Of a stretch of DNA of 64,000 bases, positions 1-12,347 are shown in pieces. Positions within the stretch are counted from its first letter, which is position 1. Every line of letters begins with the position of its first letter. The position numbers were made by a program, and so were the translations under genes. Origin of the DNA: an uncultured delta proteobacterium (GTDB lineage Bacteria; Desulfobacterota; Desulfobulbia; Desulfobulbales; Desulfocapsaceae); NCBI GenBank assembly GCA_963806525.1, contig CAWDYJ010000026.1, forward strand, positions 133,175 through 197,174, written 5' to 3'. The notes under the pieces are model-generated. The model was not told the DNA's origin and did no database searches. It saw only the letters and a program-made list of their open reading frames with translations.

Positions 1-196
1 TCCCCCGGGAAACCCCCATGCTCAGGCCGGCTTCTTCCTGGGTCATGCCTTCCCCGTCACATAATCGCAGGGCTTCCAATTCGTCCCGGTGCAGTTCGAT
101 CTTTCTGAGTTCGGTCAGAGGAGTTCCCGTCGGCTTGAAAGCCTTGCCACAGAACCTTCCATGACAATTCCTTGTTTTCTTTGGTCGTGGTGACAT
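1..196 (-). CDS. DUF134 (UPF0251) family predicted DNA-binding protein, runs off the window start
   Basis: Not in the ORF track. Manual translation from ATG 196 gives MSPRPKKTRNCHGRFCGKAFKPTGTPLTELRKIELHRDELEALRLCDGEGMTQEEAGLSMGVSRG, with the PRP / FKP / ELEALRL.D / QEEA...MGVSR signature of DUF134. Confidence 0.9.
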   Translation of the reverse strand, partial: MSPRPKKTRNCHGRFCGKAFKPTGTPLTELRKIELHRDELEALRLCDGEGMTQEEAGLSMGVSRG

Positions 197-378
197 TATT
201 TTTTACTATGCATGAAACGGTGTCCAAGTGAAAACTCACGGCATGCCTTCACTCTTTACCTGTAATTTAAAATACTAAAAATTAACCTCTTGCTGGTACA
301 AAATCCTGTGAATTATATCCAAGGTGACCACCCATCCAGAAGTTCTTTATACCGGCAACGGTCTTAAAATTCAATCAA

Positions 379-477
379 TCAATGGTGGCAATTGCCCGCC
401 TCCTGACAAATCTGATCTTGATCCTAACCTTGCGCATCAAGACCGCCCGCGGAATTTGTTGGAATAGCTATACGCAT
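379..477 (-). pseudogene. Internally deleted remnant of a NifB/NifX-family (Fe-Mo cofactor-binding-like) small protein
   Basis: RBS-like AAGGGTGA, then MRIAIPTNSAGGLDAQG*DQDQICQEAGNCHH*. The family-like N-terminus and Cys/His C-terminal tail are in one frame with the middle missing. It lies upstream of DUF134, a usual neighbour of this family. Confidence 0.6.
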
Positions 478-876
478 ATTTATCACCCTTTCTTCTTTTA
501 AATTTATGGCCAAATAAACCGACCGGGATGCATCCTTTCCGGCAGATTGTAAACATATGCGCATTACGATGTTTCGCCCTGACTGTCAAGCAGCTATGTC
601 CGAAATTTCAATAATAACACAACAAGTCCATTTTATAGAACCAAACAGCTGATCACAGAGAATAAGGGAATAAAGAACAAGCAATAGACATCCACAATGA
701 GATCAGTTAGATTAGCAAAAGAAAAGAACACAGCCACGTGACATCGACGAGATTACACCACAAAAGAAAATATCACCAGACGTTAAGGACCCTTTGACCC
801 GGCATGATTTTTCTCTCAGATACGGCAGTCTTTCTGCCCAAATAACCCTATCCCTGCTGCACATAATTAAAAACCC

Positions 877-1455
877 ATGCCCTGGAAACCTTTTTTGTTT
901 TTCCTTATACTTGTCCTCATTTTATTTTTTCCGGCCATGACCGCGAAAGAGGCCATTCCAGTGCGACAGGCAACCATACATGAATTGACGGCCACCACCT
1001 CAGATAAATATCTCATCGTTTTTGCCACCCTCGAAAACAGTTTCACCGCCGAAATGACAGAGATACTCCATAGCGGCATTCCCTTACGTTTTTCATTTTT
1101 TGTTGAGTTGTATAAAACAACCGAAAACTGGCCAGACGAACTGATTATCGCACTCAATTTTCATCATATCATGACCTTTGACACCCTCAAAGACAACTAT
1201 AGAGTAACCATCGAGGAGGACAACAATAAGGTATTGTCATTGAGAACTCTCTTGGCAGCACAGCAAGAGATTAATGAAGTAAACGGGGCCAGAATTATTG
1301 AACTCAAACAGCTCCTGCCGGACAACAGCTATAAACTCAGAATGAGGGCGGAACTCTATCAGAAGACCTTACCTCTCAGCCTGCACAATATCCTCCCTTT
1401 TTTCTCCTGGTGGGATGTTGCCACTGACTGGCATACCATTACGTTTACGTATTAG
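877..1455 (+). CDS. DUF4390 family exported protein
   Basis: Signal peptide, L.SG(I/V)PL.F motif, W...T.W C-terminus, and the typical position upstream of an ntrY-like kinase. Confidence 0.8.
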   Translation: MPWKPFLFFLILVLILFFPAMTAKEAIPVRQATIHELTATTSDKYLIVFATLENSFTAEMTEILHSGIPLRFSFFVELYKTTENWPDELIIALNFHHIMTFDTLKDNYRVTIEEDNNKVLSLRTLLAAQQEINEVNGARIIELKQLLPDNSYKLRMRAELYQKTLPLSLHNILPFFSWWDVATDWHTITFTY

Positions 1456-1463
1456 CATTGACC

Positions 1464-3767
1464 ATGGAAACACCTTCACCGGAAGGAAAGAAAAGCAAGC
1501 CGCCATATACGACAAAACAGGTTCGGCAAAAACGAAAACTGATCCGTCGGACCATTGTCATCTGTCTCCTGCTCATTCCGATATTTATCTGGCTGCAAAG
1601 CCATCTTCTGCGCAACGAAATCGGTTTACCGGGGAACAACAGTATCCTCATTTTTGCCCTAATCAATATCAATGTTCTGCTGGTGCTCTTTGTCCTCTTT
1701 CTGGTGTTACGTAATCTGGCGGAGCTTTTATTTGAAAGAAGAGTCAACCGTCTCGGCAGTAAACTTAAAACAAAACTGATCGCGTCCTTTCTCTCCCTTA
1801 CCCTTATTCCAACTATCTTGTTTTTTTTTGTCGCCCTCCAGTTTGTCTCAACCAGTATGGATTACTGGTTTAATTCCAGTATCGAAGATTCTTTGACGGA
1901 ATCGCTTAAGCTGGCCCAATCCCTTTTACGTGAAAAAGAAGAGCAGGTGACTCTGATCAGTGATGGCATCGCCGTGCGTCTGAAAGATCTGGACATGGCC
2001 TCATATACCCCTGAGACGATCAGCAAAACCCTCGAAAATGTTCTCACCTTCAATCCTATCAACGGACCGGACAGTCTCAGTCTTATCAGCAACGATGATA
2101 ATCTGGAAATAAGCGTCAAAGGGCCGCAACTTCGGGGTATCATTCTGCCCCCAATATCCTCGGAAATCATTGGCAGGGCGCGGGCCAAAGACGGCAATGA
2201 GATCTTTATTCAGGAAATAAAAATTGGCGATCTGGTAAACTGTGTTGCCGAAGTACAGGTCGGCAACAATGATTCCAGGCGGGCAATACTCATCACCTCC
2301 CTCCTGGTTAAAAGCGAGCAACTTGCCCGCATGACCACTATTTCCCAGGGCATTGAAGGATACAGGCAACTCAAGCATTTCAAGGAACCGTTCAAATTCT
2401 GGCTCCTGATCATTCTGCTCATCGTCACCCTGCTGGTCATTTTCGCCGCTATCTGGTTTGGTCTGTATATTTCCAGAGGGATCACCGATCCACTTGAGAA
2501 ACTTGTGCTGGCCACCAAAAGAGTGGCCGAGGGTGATCTGGAGTTTGTCATGGAACGTGAGTCCAGTGACGAGATGGGTTTGCTTGTCGATTCCTTCAAT
2601 TTGATGACCTTCAATCTCAATTCCAGCAATAAAAAACTTGCCGAAACCCATACCGCCCTGCAGAAAAGTTCCCAGGAATCGGAACAGCGCAGACGGTATA
2701 CGGAAATCATCCTGCAGAATGTTTCTGCGGGGGTCATCTCCCTTGACGAGCACGGTCAGATCACAACCATCAACCGCTTTGCCGAGAAACTCCTCAATAT
2801 CGATAAATCACTCTTTATCGGGCTTAATTTCGCCGATGTTCTGCAACCTCATCAGGCAGCAATCGTTGACAACTTCATTGAAGAAATCAGAGTGACAGGG
2901 AAGATGACCGTGGAACAGCACATAAAAATCAATGTGCAGGGAAAAAACTTTTCCTTATTGGTCAATCTTACCCGCCTAGAAGATGAAGAGGGCAAACCGG
3001 TTGGTTTTGTGTTGGTCTTTGACAACCTGACCAAACTTGAAAAAATGCAGCGCATGGCCGCATGGCGGGAGGTTGCACGACGCATTGCCCATGAAATCAA
3101 GAACCCGCTGACCCCCATCCAGCTCTCTGCCCAGCGACTTCGCCGCCGCTATCCAGAAATCCTCAATGAAAACAACAGTATTTTCGACCAATGCACCAAC
3201 ACCATTATTACCCAGGTAGATGAACTCAAAAGACTGGTCAGTGAATTTTCCCAGTTTGCCAGGATGCCCAAGGTGCATAAATCCCACGATAATCTAACCA
3301 AACTGGCCAACAACACCCTCTTTCTTTACCAGGAAGCGCACAAAAATATCTCCTTTAGCTGCCAAGAGGAAACACCTATCCCGATTTTCAGTTTTGATGC
3401 CGAACAGATCAAACGCTGTCTGATCAACCTTCTGGACAATGCAGTTGCAGTTTTACCTGATGGCGGTACAATAGAAATCGTTCTTTCACTCGATCATGAG
3501 CAGGAGAACGTTTTTATCAAGGTGCACGACAATGGCCCGGGAATTTCCAAAGAAAATAAACTGAAACTCTTTGAACCCTATTTTTCCACAAAAAAAACAG
3601 GCACAGGTCTTGGGCTGGCCATCGTCTCGACAATCGTCTCCGATCACAGCGGATACATTCGGGTGCAGGACAACAAGCCGACCGGATCAATTTTCATAAT
3701 TGAATTGCCGCTTTTAAAACAAAAATTACACAACTCCCGAATAACGTTGTTCAGTATACCTACAAAA
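1464..3767 (+). CDS. ntrY: NtrY-like sensor histidine kinase (TM-HAMP-PAS-HisKA-HATPase)
   Basis: AAWREVARRIAHEIKNPLTPIQLSAQRL H-box, NLLDNA N-box, DNGPG and GTGLGL G-boxes. In this assembly it reads in frame into the downstream receiver domain, so the true end is uncertain. Confidence 0.85.
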
Positions 3768-5136
3768 ATGAGCAAACGCATACTGATAATAGATGATGAA
3801 GTAAGCATCCAGGAGTCCCTGGCCGGAATACTCGAAGATGAAGGTTTTTCCTCCATCTGTGTCTCTTCAGCCGAAGAAGGGATCGAACTGCTGGAGACCA
3901 TGAATATCGATCTGGTCCTCCTCGACATCTGGCTTGGCGACAACATGGACGGCATGACCGCCCTTGAGAAAATCCATGAGCAGCACCGGATGCCGATTAT
4001 TATGATCTCCGGGCACGGGAACATCGAAACAGCTGTCCAGGCTACCCGCAAAGGCGCCTTCGATTTCATCGAAAAGCCGCTCTCCTACGATAAAATCATC
4101 CTGGCCATTTCCAACGGGTTACGTTTTGCCAAATTGGAACAGGAGAATCTCCTGCTTCGCCAGGGATCAGCACAGAAATCGATCCTCACAGGAGAATCTG
4201 CCGGCAATTCAGGCACTCAAACAACAGATTGAGATGGTTGCCCCAACCGATGCCTGGGTACTGATCAGGGGGGACCACGGCACGGGAAAAGAACTGGTCG
4301 CCCAGTCCATTCATCGCGCCTCTCTTTCGAGCGATCAGCCAATGATCGAGGTGAATTGCGCGGCAATTCCCGAGGAGTTGATCGAATCGGAACTGTTCGG
4401 CCATGAAAAAGGCTCTTTTACCGGTGCTCATGTCAGTAAACGTGGTAAATTTGACCAGGCCGACGGAGGCATTCTGTTTTTGGACGAAATCGGCGATATG
4501 AGCCTTAATACCCAGGCCAAGATTCTGCGCATCCTGCAGGAACAAAAATTTGAAAGGGTTGGCGGCAGTAAAACAATCAAGGTCAACGTCCGGGTACTGG
4601 CAGCCACCAACAAAAATCTCGAAGAAGAGATTGAGGTGGGTAATTTTCGGGCAGATCTCTTCTGGCGCCTCAATGTGGTGCCGATCCACGTCCCGAAGCT
4701 GTGCGACCGACTTGAGGACATACCGCTTCTGGTTGATGCCCTTATGCAAATCCTGGTCAGCCGGGGGGTAAAACACAAAGAATTCAGCCCCGACGGATAC
4801 CAGGCCCTGATGGAGCACCATTGGCCGGGCAATGTCCGTGAATTGAGAAACTTTATCGAACGACTGGCGATCATGTGCCAGGAACCGACCATCACCGCAA
4901 CCCAAATCCGCCTGTTCCTCAGTCCCACGCAGATCACCAGCCCAGCCGAACATGGCTCCTCTATAGATCCCTTTTTAGCAACAGACTATAAAACAGCGAA
5001 AAGACTCTTTGAAAAAGAATACCTGCAGCAAAAACTCTTGCAAAATGACAACAATATTTCTAAAACAGCGGAGCAGGTCGGTCTGGAAAGAAGCCACCTG
5101 CACAAAAAACTCAAATCCTTTGAAATTATCCAGTGA
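3768..5136 (+). CDS. ntrX: NtrX-like sigma-54-dependent response regulator (frameshift near 4200)
   Basis: Receiver [11 protein letters not shown]...LLDIWL. AAA+ domain [30 protein letters not shown]-terminal Fis [13 protein letters not shown]. Confidence 0.88.
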
Positions 5137-5235
5137 CCTCAGATACCAGATATCATAGAGGGAGTAACTTGATTATTTGACGGATTCGACATCTTCTCCC
5201 GTACATCAACACACGCCTACCATAAAGGAGCATAC

Positions 5236-6214
<979 letters not shown>

Positions 6215-6341
6215 TAATTCTTGCAGGACTGAAAATAAAGGGGAGGGGGATGGACAAGGAAAAAAGGCAGGAGATTTTTTTTAGAAGGTATACGATGCCA
6301 GCTGCTCTTTTTGTACAGCAAAACGACCAAAGGCAGTCTTG

Positions 6342-6719
6342 CTAACACCTGATTATGGAAATTCTCCTGCGCCACCTTGCCCAGAAAAAACAGGCCATTG
6401 CAGCACCACCGCAATCAGCCACGACATCCAAAACACTGACCGACCTCCCCGGGATAAAAGACTGATGAAATTCATCGGAAATACCGTAAAGCAGACAAAA
6501 AACCACGGTCAAAAACATTACTTTTTGCGGTCTGGTATTTTTCTGGCGGGCACTGAAGGCAAGAATAGCCGTTCCCGCCAAAATTCCGTAGACCATCATA
6601 TGGCCAAATTTATCTATCCCCGGAAAAGGAGGCAACGAAAGACGGTTTCCCGGCTGATGAGACAGCAAAAAAATGGTTCCCATGGTGGCTGACCAGGGGA
6701 ACCATACGCAAAACTCCAC
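6342..6719 (-). CDS. VanZ family membrane protein
   Basis: DKFGH...YG and DEFHQSFIPGR...D...D motifs. Confidence 0.85.
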   Translation of the reverse strand: MEFCVWFPWSATMGTIFLLSHQPGNRLSLPPFPGIDKFGHMMVYGILAGTAILAFSARQKNTRPQKVMFLTVVFCLLYGISDEFHQSFIPGRSVSVLDVVADCGGAAMACFFWARWRRRISIIRC

Positions 6720-6731
6720 TCATTTTGTGAT

Positions 6732-7257
6732 TCATGAACCGGTCGATTGTTCCGGATGAGGCAAATGCACTTTTTCAAGCTGTTCTTTACTGAATTTTTT
6801 GCGAATACGTTTCATTGCTGCCTCCAGTTCCCGCCATGGCGCATTGCCAAGCGACGCAACTTTTTTGTCCGCATAAGCAGTAATTACAACCTGTTTGTTG
6901 TGTATCGCAAAAGTGTGGCTCCAGTTAATCTCGATGGTTTCGGAGTTTTCATCGATTGGAGCATCGAGGGGTTGCCCTGCCTCAGCAACCTGAACACAGT
7001 CACAGTCGGTCATCTCCATCAGCCAGGCGTCGCCTTTTGCTGTTGAAAAAAAGAAAAAAACTCCGAGTTCCCGAAACATCTTCTTTTTATTCACAGCATC
7101 CCGCTGTATTGCCTGCACTGCACTCATCAGAGTAATCTTCAACGCCTGCTCCGGAGAAAGCTGCGGACCGCTACTTTTGTTCTTTCAGGGCACAACAATG
7201 TTTGAATTTTTTTCCGCTTTGACAAGGACATTGTTCATTTCTGCCTATTTTTGCCAT
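6732..7257 (-). CDS. SEC-C metal-binding motif protein (frameshift near 7170)
   Basis: ATG 7257 gives MAKIGRNEQCPCQSGKKFKHCC (SEC-C). It continues in another frame into ORF 6732..7142. Confidence 0.75.
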
Positions 7258-7284
7258 AGAGTCCTCCTCAGTAATATCGTCTGT

Positions 7285-9459
7285 TTATGAACATTTGCTA
7301 TACCCACAATCGTGACAGGTTTCACAGCCTTCTTCAAACCGCAGTGGACCGGAGCATTCAGGGCACTCAGAGGAAAATCCCTGCTGGGTGCCGGCCAGAA
7401 AGGACTTGAACAGTTTGCTTAATTGTGCAGGCAGATCCTGCATATGACCACTTGATCGGTCGAGCTGTTTGATGATCTCATCCATCGGCACATTAAATCG
7501 CAATGCCAGAGAAACAAGCCGGCAGGTGGTCGTCCACATGGTCGATTTATCTTTTAAGTCAACACGATTATCAAAGGGGAATTTGGCAAAGACCTCCATC
7601 GGTTTTTCGTTTTCGTCAAAACAGACAATAATATAGACCGACTTCTGGTACTGATCCTTTACCCGATACCGCTTGGCATCCAGGGTATCCGGAAGGTTCT
7701 GCTTGACCGGCCCCCTCTCGGAGACGATTGCGGTTTTCTGATCCTTGGCGGATCCTTCCTTGGTATTGAGTACCTGATGATCTCTGGAACCGTCCCGGTA
7801 AACAGTAAGTCCCTTGCAGCCAAGTTTATAGCCACTGATATAGGCGAGTTTGACCTCTTCACGGGAGGCATTATTGGGCAGATTGATGGTTTTTGAAATC
7901 GAGCTGTCAACCCCGCTCTTCTGCAGGATTCCCTGCATTCTAATATGATCTTCAGGCTTAATATCCTGGGCTGTACAAAAGATTTCCTGCCACTTCACAG
8001 GAATTTCCTCATGGCCCATGACCGTTCCACTGTCGGCAACCTTGCTCATCAGCTCCGCCGAGTAAAAGCCTTCCTGCCGGGCAATTTGCTCGAAATACCT
8101 GTTGACCATTATCAGCCGGTCACCATCCATGACATGTTTGACCATAACAATGGAAAAATACGGCTCACAGCCCGAGGCACAATCGGCGATCATCGATACG
8201 GTTCCGGTTGGCTGGATAGAGGTAAGCGCTGCATTCCGGCGCGGCTTGTAGGTGTTGATCTTAGGATCATAGGCGGGAAAGGGTCCTTTTTCCTTGGCCA
8301 GCTCTATTGACCGCTCTTCAGCGGCATCCCTGATAAAACGCATCACCTCGCTGGCGGCTTCCCTTCCCTGGTCGCTGCCATAGGGAATCTCCATTTGAAT
8401 AAGCATATCATGCAGCCCCATGATTCCCATCCCAATTTTCCTGGTTTTCAGGGTCATTTCCTTAATCTCGGGGATAGGGAAACGATTGCAGTCTATGACA
8501 TTGTCAAGAAATACTGTCGCCGCACGGACAATCTGCTTTAACCTTTTATAATCAACCTTTTTTTTATCGACAAAATTTGCCAGGTTGACCGAACCCAGAT
8601 TGCAGCTCTCATAGGGAAGCAGCCACTGTTCACCGCAGGGATTGGTCGCTTCAAAATCACCCAGTTGGGGGGTCATGTTGTCTTTATTGGCGGTATCAAT
8701 AAAGAGTACTCCCGGTTCGCCATTATGCCAGGCAAGATCAACAATCTTTTCATAGACCATCCTGGCATTGAGTTGTTTTATTACTTCACGGGTTGACGGT
8801 TCGATCAGATCAAAATCCGCATCATCTTCCACCGCCTGCATAAAAACATCGGTAATTGCGACACTGAAATTAAAATTATTGAAGCTGTTCTGATCCTCTT
8901 TCGCGGTGATAAAATCCATAATATCCGGATGATCAATCCGCAGAACACCCATATTGGCACCGCGCCTTTTCCCCCCCTGCTTAATGGTCTCGGTGGCTGC
9001 ATCAAAAACAGCAGCAAAGGACAAGGGCCCTGAAGCCACCCCCTGGGTTGAACGTACCGAAGCATTTTTAGAACGCAGCCTGGAAAAAGAATAGCCGGTC
9101 CCTCCGCCGGTTTTATGTACCAGAGCACCATTACGAATAGCGGTAAAAATGCCATCCATAGAATCCTCAACCGGGAGGACAAAACAGGCGGAAAGCTGTC
9201 CCAGATCGGTTCCCGCATTCATAAGGCAGGGAGAATTCGGCAAAAAATCCAACCGATAGATCATGTTAAAAAAATCTTCCTGAAGCTGCTTATGGTTTTT
9301 TCGATCTTTATCAACATCCGCCACCGCATTGGCTACCCGTCGAGCCAGGGTCTCCCACGTTTCAATGGCGTTCCCTTTCAAATCTTTCAGATAATAACGT
9401 CTCGCCAGTACAGTTTCCGCAGTACTGGTCAAGACCTGTTTGGTTAAATCAGGTGTCAT
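7285..9459 (-). CDS. nrdJ: Adenosylcobalamin-dependent (class II) ribonucleotide reductase
   Basis: [44 protein letters not shown], and a C-terminal CPEC...C..CGYSKC. Confidence 0.95.
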   Translation of the reverse strand: MTPDLTKQVLTSTAETVLARRYYLKDLKGNAIETWETLARRVANAVADVDKDRKNHKQLQEDFFNMIYRLDFLPNSPCLMNAGTDLGQLSACFVLPVEDSMDGIFTAIRNGALVHKTGGGTGYSFSRLRSKNASVRSTQGVASGPLSFAAVFDAATETIKQGGKRRGANMGVLRIDHPDIMDFITAKEDQNSFNNFNFSVAITDVFMQAVEDDADFDLIEPSTREVIKQLNARMVYEKIVDLAWHNGEPGVLFIDTANKDNMTPQLGDFEATNPCGEQWLLPYESCNLGSVNLANFVDKKKVDYKRLKQIVRAATVFLDNVIDCNRFPIPEIKEMTLKTRKIGMGIMGLHDMLIQMEIPYGSDQGREAASEVMRFIRDAAEERSIELAKEKGPFPAYDPKINTYKPRRNAALTSIQPTGTVSMIADCASGCEPYFSIVMVKHVMDGDRLIMVNRYFEQIARQEGFYSAELMSKVADSGTVMGHEEIPVKWQEIFCTAQDIKPEDHIRMQGILQKSGVDSSISKTINLPNNASREEVKLAYISGYKLGCKGLTVYRDGSRDHQVLNTKEGSAKDQKTAIVSERGPVKQNLPDTLDAKRYRVKDQYQKSVYIIVCFDENEKPMEVFAKFPFDNRVDLKDKSTMWTTTCRLVSLALRFNVPMDEIIKQLDRSSGHMQDLPAQLSKLFKSFLAGTQQGFSSECPECSGPLRFEEGCETCHDCGYSKCS

Positions 9460-9596
9460 GCAGCCCTCTTTCAGATGGAAAATTTTTCGCTCAGAAGTCT
9501 CTTGTCAACTGGAAATGTGCTCGATTCAACGCGCCAAAGAGGGGCTGTTTACCCGCTCTTTCAATCGAAGTCAGAAATAATCACAGTGGCTTTTAT

Positions 9597-9674
9597 ACAC
9601 CACATTTATGGCGGGCTCAAGACCAAACTACAATATATGGTGTCTTTTATAAAGAGAGACCCAATATCAAGAGC
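9597..9674. promoter_or_regulatory. Tandem NrdR boxes upstream of nrdJ
   Basis: 16-mers at 9628 (ctacaatatatggtgt, reverse complement ACACCATATATTGTAG) and 9659 (acccaatatcaagagc), plus a weaker one at 9597 (acaccacatttatggc). Starts are 31 bp apart and resemble acaCwAtATaTwGtg. Confidence 0.75.
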
Positions 9675-9906
9675 TTCACAGAAAAAAAAATTTTTCAAGT
9701 AAAAAATAGCTGGAAATGTATTTTTGGGAAGGCTGGAGCAGCTGCGAAGAGGCACCTACCACAACGTGACAGACACTACTGTCAGTCCACTGGAAGAACC
9801 GTGGGGGAAAGAAAGAAGTGCATTGTGAGGCATTTATAATGAATCGTCCGAAGTAGCGTCCAAAAATATTATGCCCCACAATGTCCGGGCTAAAAACTGC
9901 TCACGG

Positions 9907-10890
9907 TCATCTGACCTCTACCAAAGAGACAAGGGAGACAGGAAGTTTTTGTCTCATTTCCTCGTTGACAATCCGTGCTGGAATAAAGGGCGGCTGGCCA
10001 AGATCCTGGAGAATCTTCAAGCCATTATCCGGGGAAAGCAAAAAAGACAGGAAAGCTTTTGCAGCCTCTGGGTTGGCACTGTTTCTAATAATGGTTATGC
10101 CGTAGGTGACAGACTGCCCATTAATCACCTTCCATGTACCTGGCTCCTTGCCGGTTACCCTGACTTCAGCCTGGCTGTAAAAATCATCATCGCTGTAGTT
10201 GCCGAGATTTATCTTGTCATCAAGGGTCACATATTTCAGTCCGTGCTGCACGGCAACAGATCGATACTCCCAACCATAGTCCAGTTCACCAGATTCCAGT
10301 AGCTGAACCAGTTGTACAGCTTTTTCTTTTATGTTTTTTTCGGGCCTGTTCGCCAGCAAATCATTATAGAGATGGGGCACATCATAGTATTTTTCAGCCA
10401 GCTGCATTACCATCAAACTTCGATACCCGCAGGGGTCAAGATTAGGATCCGAATGTCCCCAGCGCACACCTTTTCTTTGCAGAATCTCATACCAATTCTT
10501 TTTGTTTATCTCACCGGCAAAGCGACTTTTATCTGTAAAACAGAGAACGAGCTGATTGGTCGCAAAACGAATGTTCCAGTCGGCAAAACCAGGGATGAGG
10601 TTATTGTCGATCACCTTGTAGTCTGCTGAGGCCATAATATCAGCCTTCTGTCCATCAGCAGATATTAATCTTGCCATGGCGGTACTCCCGCCGCTCTTGG
10701 TGACAACCTTGACATCTGGATAAAGTAGGTGAAATTTTTCAATCATTTTCTGCAGAGGAACGGTCAGACTCCCGGCATTGTAGATGACCAACTCACCAGA
10801 TGGTGCAGCATATCCACAGGCTGCCGATACCATCAAAATCAATGCACAGATAAGTGCTGAAACGCGCCGCAATGACTTTCTTTTCTTCAT
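9907..10890 (-). CDS. wtpA: Tungstate/molybdate ABC substrate-binding protein, WtpA type
   Basis: Signal peptide, [34 protein letters not shown] and INLG motifs of WtpA/archaeal-type ModA. Confidence 0.82.
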   Translation of the reverse strand: MKKRKSLRRVSALICALILMVSAACGYAAPSGELVIYNAGSLTVPLQKMIEKFHLLYPDVKVVTKSGGSTAMARLISADGQKADIMASADYKVIDNNLIPGFADWNIRFATNQLVLCFTDKSRFAGEINKKNWYEILQRKGVRWGHSDPNLDPCGYRSLMVMQLAEKYYDVPHLYNDLLANRPEKNIKEKAVQLVQLLESGELDYGWEYRSVAVQHGLKYVTLDDKINLGNYSDDDFYSQAEVRVTGKEPGTWKVINGQSVTYGITIIRNSANPEAAKAFLSFLLSPDNGLKILQDLGQPPFIPARIVNEEMRQKLPVSLVSLVEVR

Positions 10891-11032
10891 AATTTTTTTA
10901 CTCCCTTTTTCCCAACTTTTTATCCGATATAATTCTGCCAGTACTGCAACAAATCGGGGAAAAGGTTACCAATGATAGAAAAAAAAGAGCTCTTTCCATG
11001 CAAAAAATGACCAACAATCACCAGTACAAACC

Positions 11033-11079
11033 AAAAAGCCAGACAAAGGGGGAAAAAATTCCACCCCTGCCTGGCTTTT
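11033..11079. terminator. Intrinsic terminator-like hairpin after the thioesterase gene
   Basis: aaaagccag...gggg/cccc...ctggctttt inverted repeat with A/T tails on both sides. Confidence 0.6.
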
Positions 11080-11119
11080 ATTTTATCCAGCTGTTAAAAT
11101 TGATGGACATTACCGGGGA

Positions 11120-11524
11120 TCATTGAGCCTTTGCCATTCTGGCTACTGCCCCATCCATCAAACGTCCCTTATCAACAATGGCCCGGGTATGTTTCCCGCT
11201 GGCTACCTTTCCTGCCCGGTCAAAAACCTCTACCTCAAAAAGATACAATTTACCATCCAATTCCAGGAAAGTGGCGACAACCCTAACATCCTCTCCCACC
11301 GGGGTCGGGGCAAAATGCTTCACATCAATGCCAACGCCAACAGAGAGTTCTTCTGGTTTGAGCAGTGGTTTTAGTATTCTGGCTGCAGATACCTCCATCA
11401 GGCCGATCATCCTTGATGTCGCCAACACCTCTGGAAATGAATCCTCGCTGCTGACTGCCACCTCACTTGCGAGATCCTGCTGTTTTACAGTGTAGACAAA
11501 TTCGCCCTTTTGACCTTTTTCCAT
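11120..11524 (-). CDS. FlK-like (fluoroacetyl-CoA type) hotdog thioesterase
   Basis: VLATSRMIGLME, SVG...VKHFAPTPVG, G.H.R. Likely start MEKGQK at 11524. Confidence 0.85.
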   Translation of the reverse strand: MEKGQKGEFVYTVKQQDLASEVAVSSEDSFPEVLATSRMIGLMEVSAARILKPLLKPEELSVGVGIDVKHFAPTPVGEDVRVVATFLELDGKLYLFEVEVFDRAGKVASGKHTRAIVDKGRLMDGAVARMAKAQ

Positions 11525-11834
11525 ACAATTCTCTCCTTGTAAAAATGATCTTTTCGACAGGGTTGACTGTGTTGCGTCAAAGCTTTTATTTACTGCGATA
11601 CATGCACAATGTAAAGCTGTACATACGCCCCTCCCACAGGGGCTTATCATCCACCGGCAAAATTTCCAACCGTTGGCTGGCGGTCAGTGCATCGTATATC
11701 GTACATGATGCTTGCAATCCACACGTGTGTGGTTTACGCTCTGATTGTTTTTTCTCCCCCAGCTATGTCAGTCAGGATTTAGCAGGTTGGCGGCAAATTT
11801 AAAACCTCAATGCTGTTTCAATTACTTTTTGCAT

Positions 11835-12344
11835 ATGTTCACAAAATTTTTTAGGACGGTCGACAAAACTCTGCTGCAGATCGAAGAGTGGTCACTCTTT
11901 GTTGCAGTCTCTGTTGCCCTGCTCACAGCCATGACCAACGTAATCCTGCGCAAAGCAACCAACGACATGAATCTGTACTGGTCGGATGAGGTAGTAAGAA
12001 AGGTTATATATTTTTCTACCTATATCGGTTGCGTTGCAGCGGTTCGCAGCCGCTCACTCATACGCATCGATGCGCTTCCGCAGATGCTGCCCATTCTGAA
12101 AAAGCCTCTCACCGTTTTCTCCCATTGCATGGTGCTGATCTTTTCCGGGGTTATGATCTACCTCGGAGTGCAAATGACGATCATGATGTACAATGATGCC
12201 TATGCCCGAACAGCAACCCTGCAAATCCCTGAATATTTTTTCTATGCTGTCCTGCCTCTGATGGGACTGATGATGTTCCTGCGTACCTTAATCGTTATCT
12301 GGGAAGACTGGACCGGGAAAAAAGATATCACGGAGGGACAATAG
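11835..12344 (+). CDS. dctQ: TRAP transporter small permease
   Basis: Four TM segments, NVILR, WSDEV and IRID motifs, directly upstream of dctM. Confidence 0.85.
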   Translation: MFTKFFRTVDKTLLQIEEWSLFVAVSVALLTAMTNVILRKATNDMNLYWSDEVVRKVIYFSTYIGCVAAVRSRSLIRIDALPQMLPILKKPLTVFSHCMVLIFSGVMIYLGVQMTIMMYNDAYARTATLQIPEYFFYAVLPLMGLMMFLRTLIVIWEDWTGKKDITEGQ

Positions 12345-12347
12345 GTA

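Noticed and set aside
6250-6351. 33-aa ORF after GGAGG between hemB and vanZ
   Set aside because: Short, overlaps the vanZ end, and has no recognisable features.
9460-9900. Cobalamin riboswitch upstream of nrdJ
   Set aside because: No B12-box or core motifs are visible. NrdR-like boxes explain the region.
11826-11842. Other CATATG hits (11832, 23674, 30885) as extra operator copies
   Set aside because: Each overlaps a start codon, which explains the match.
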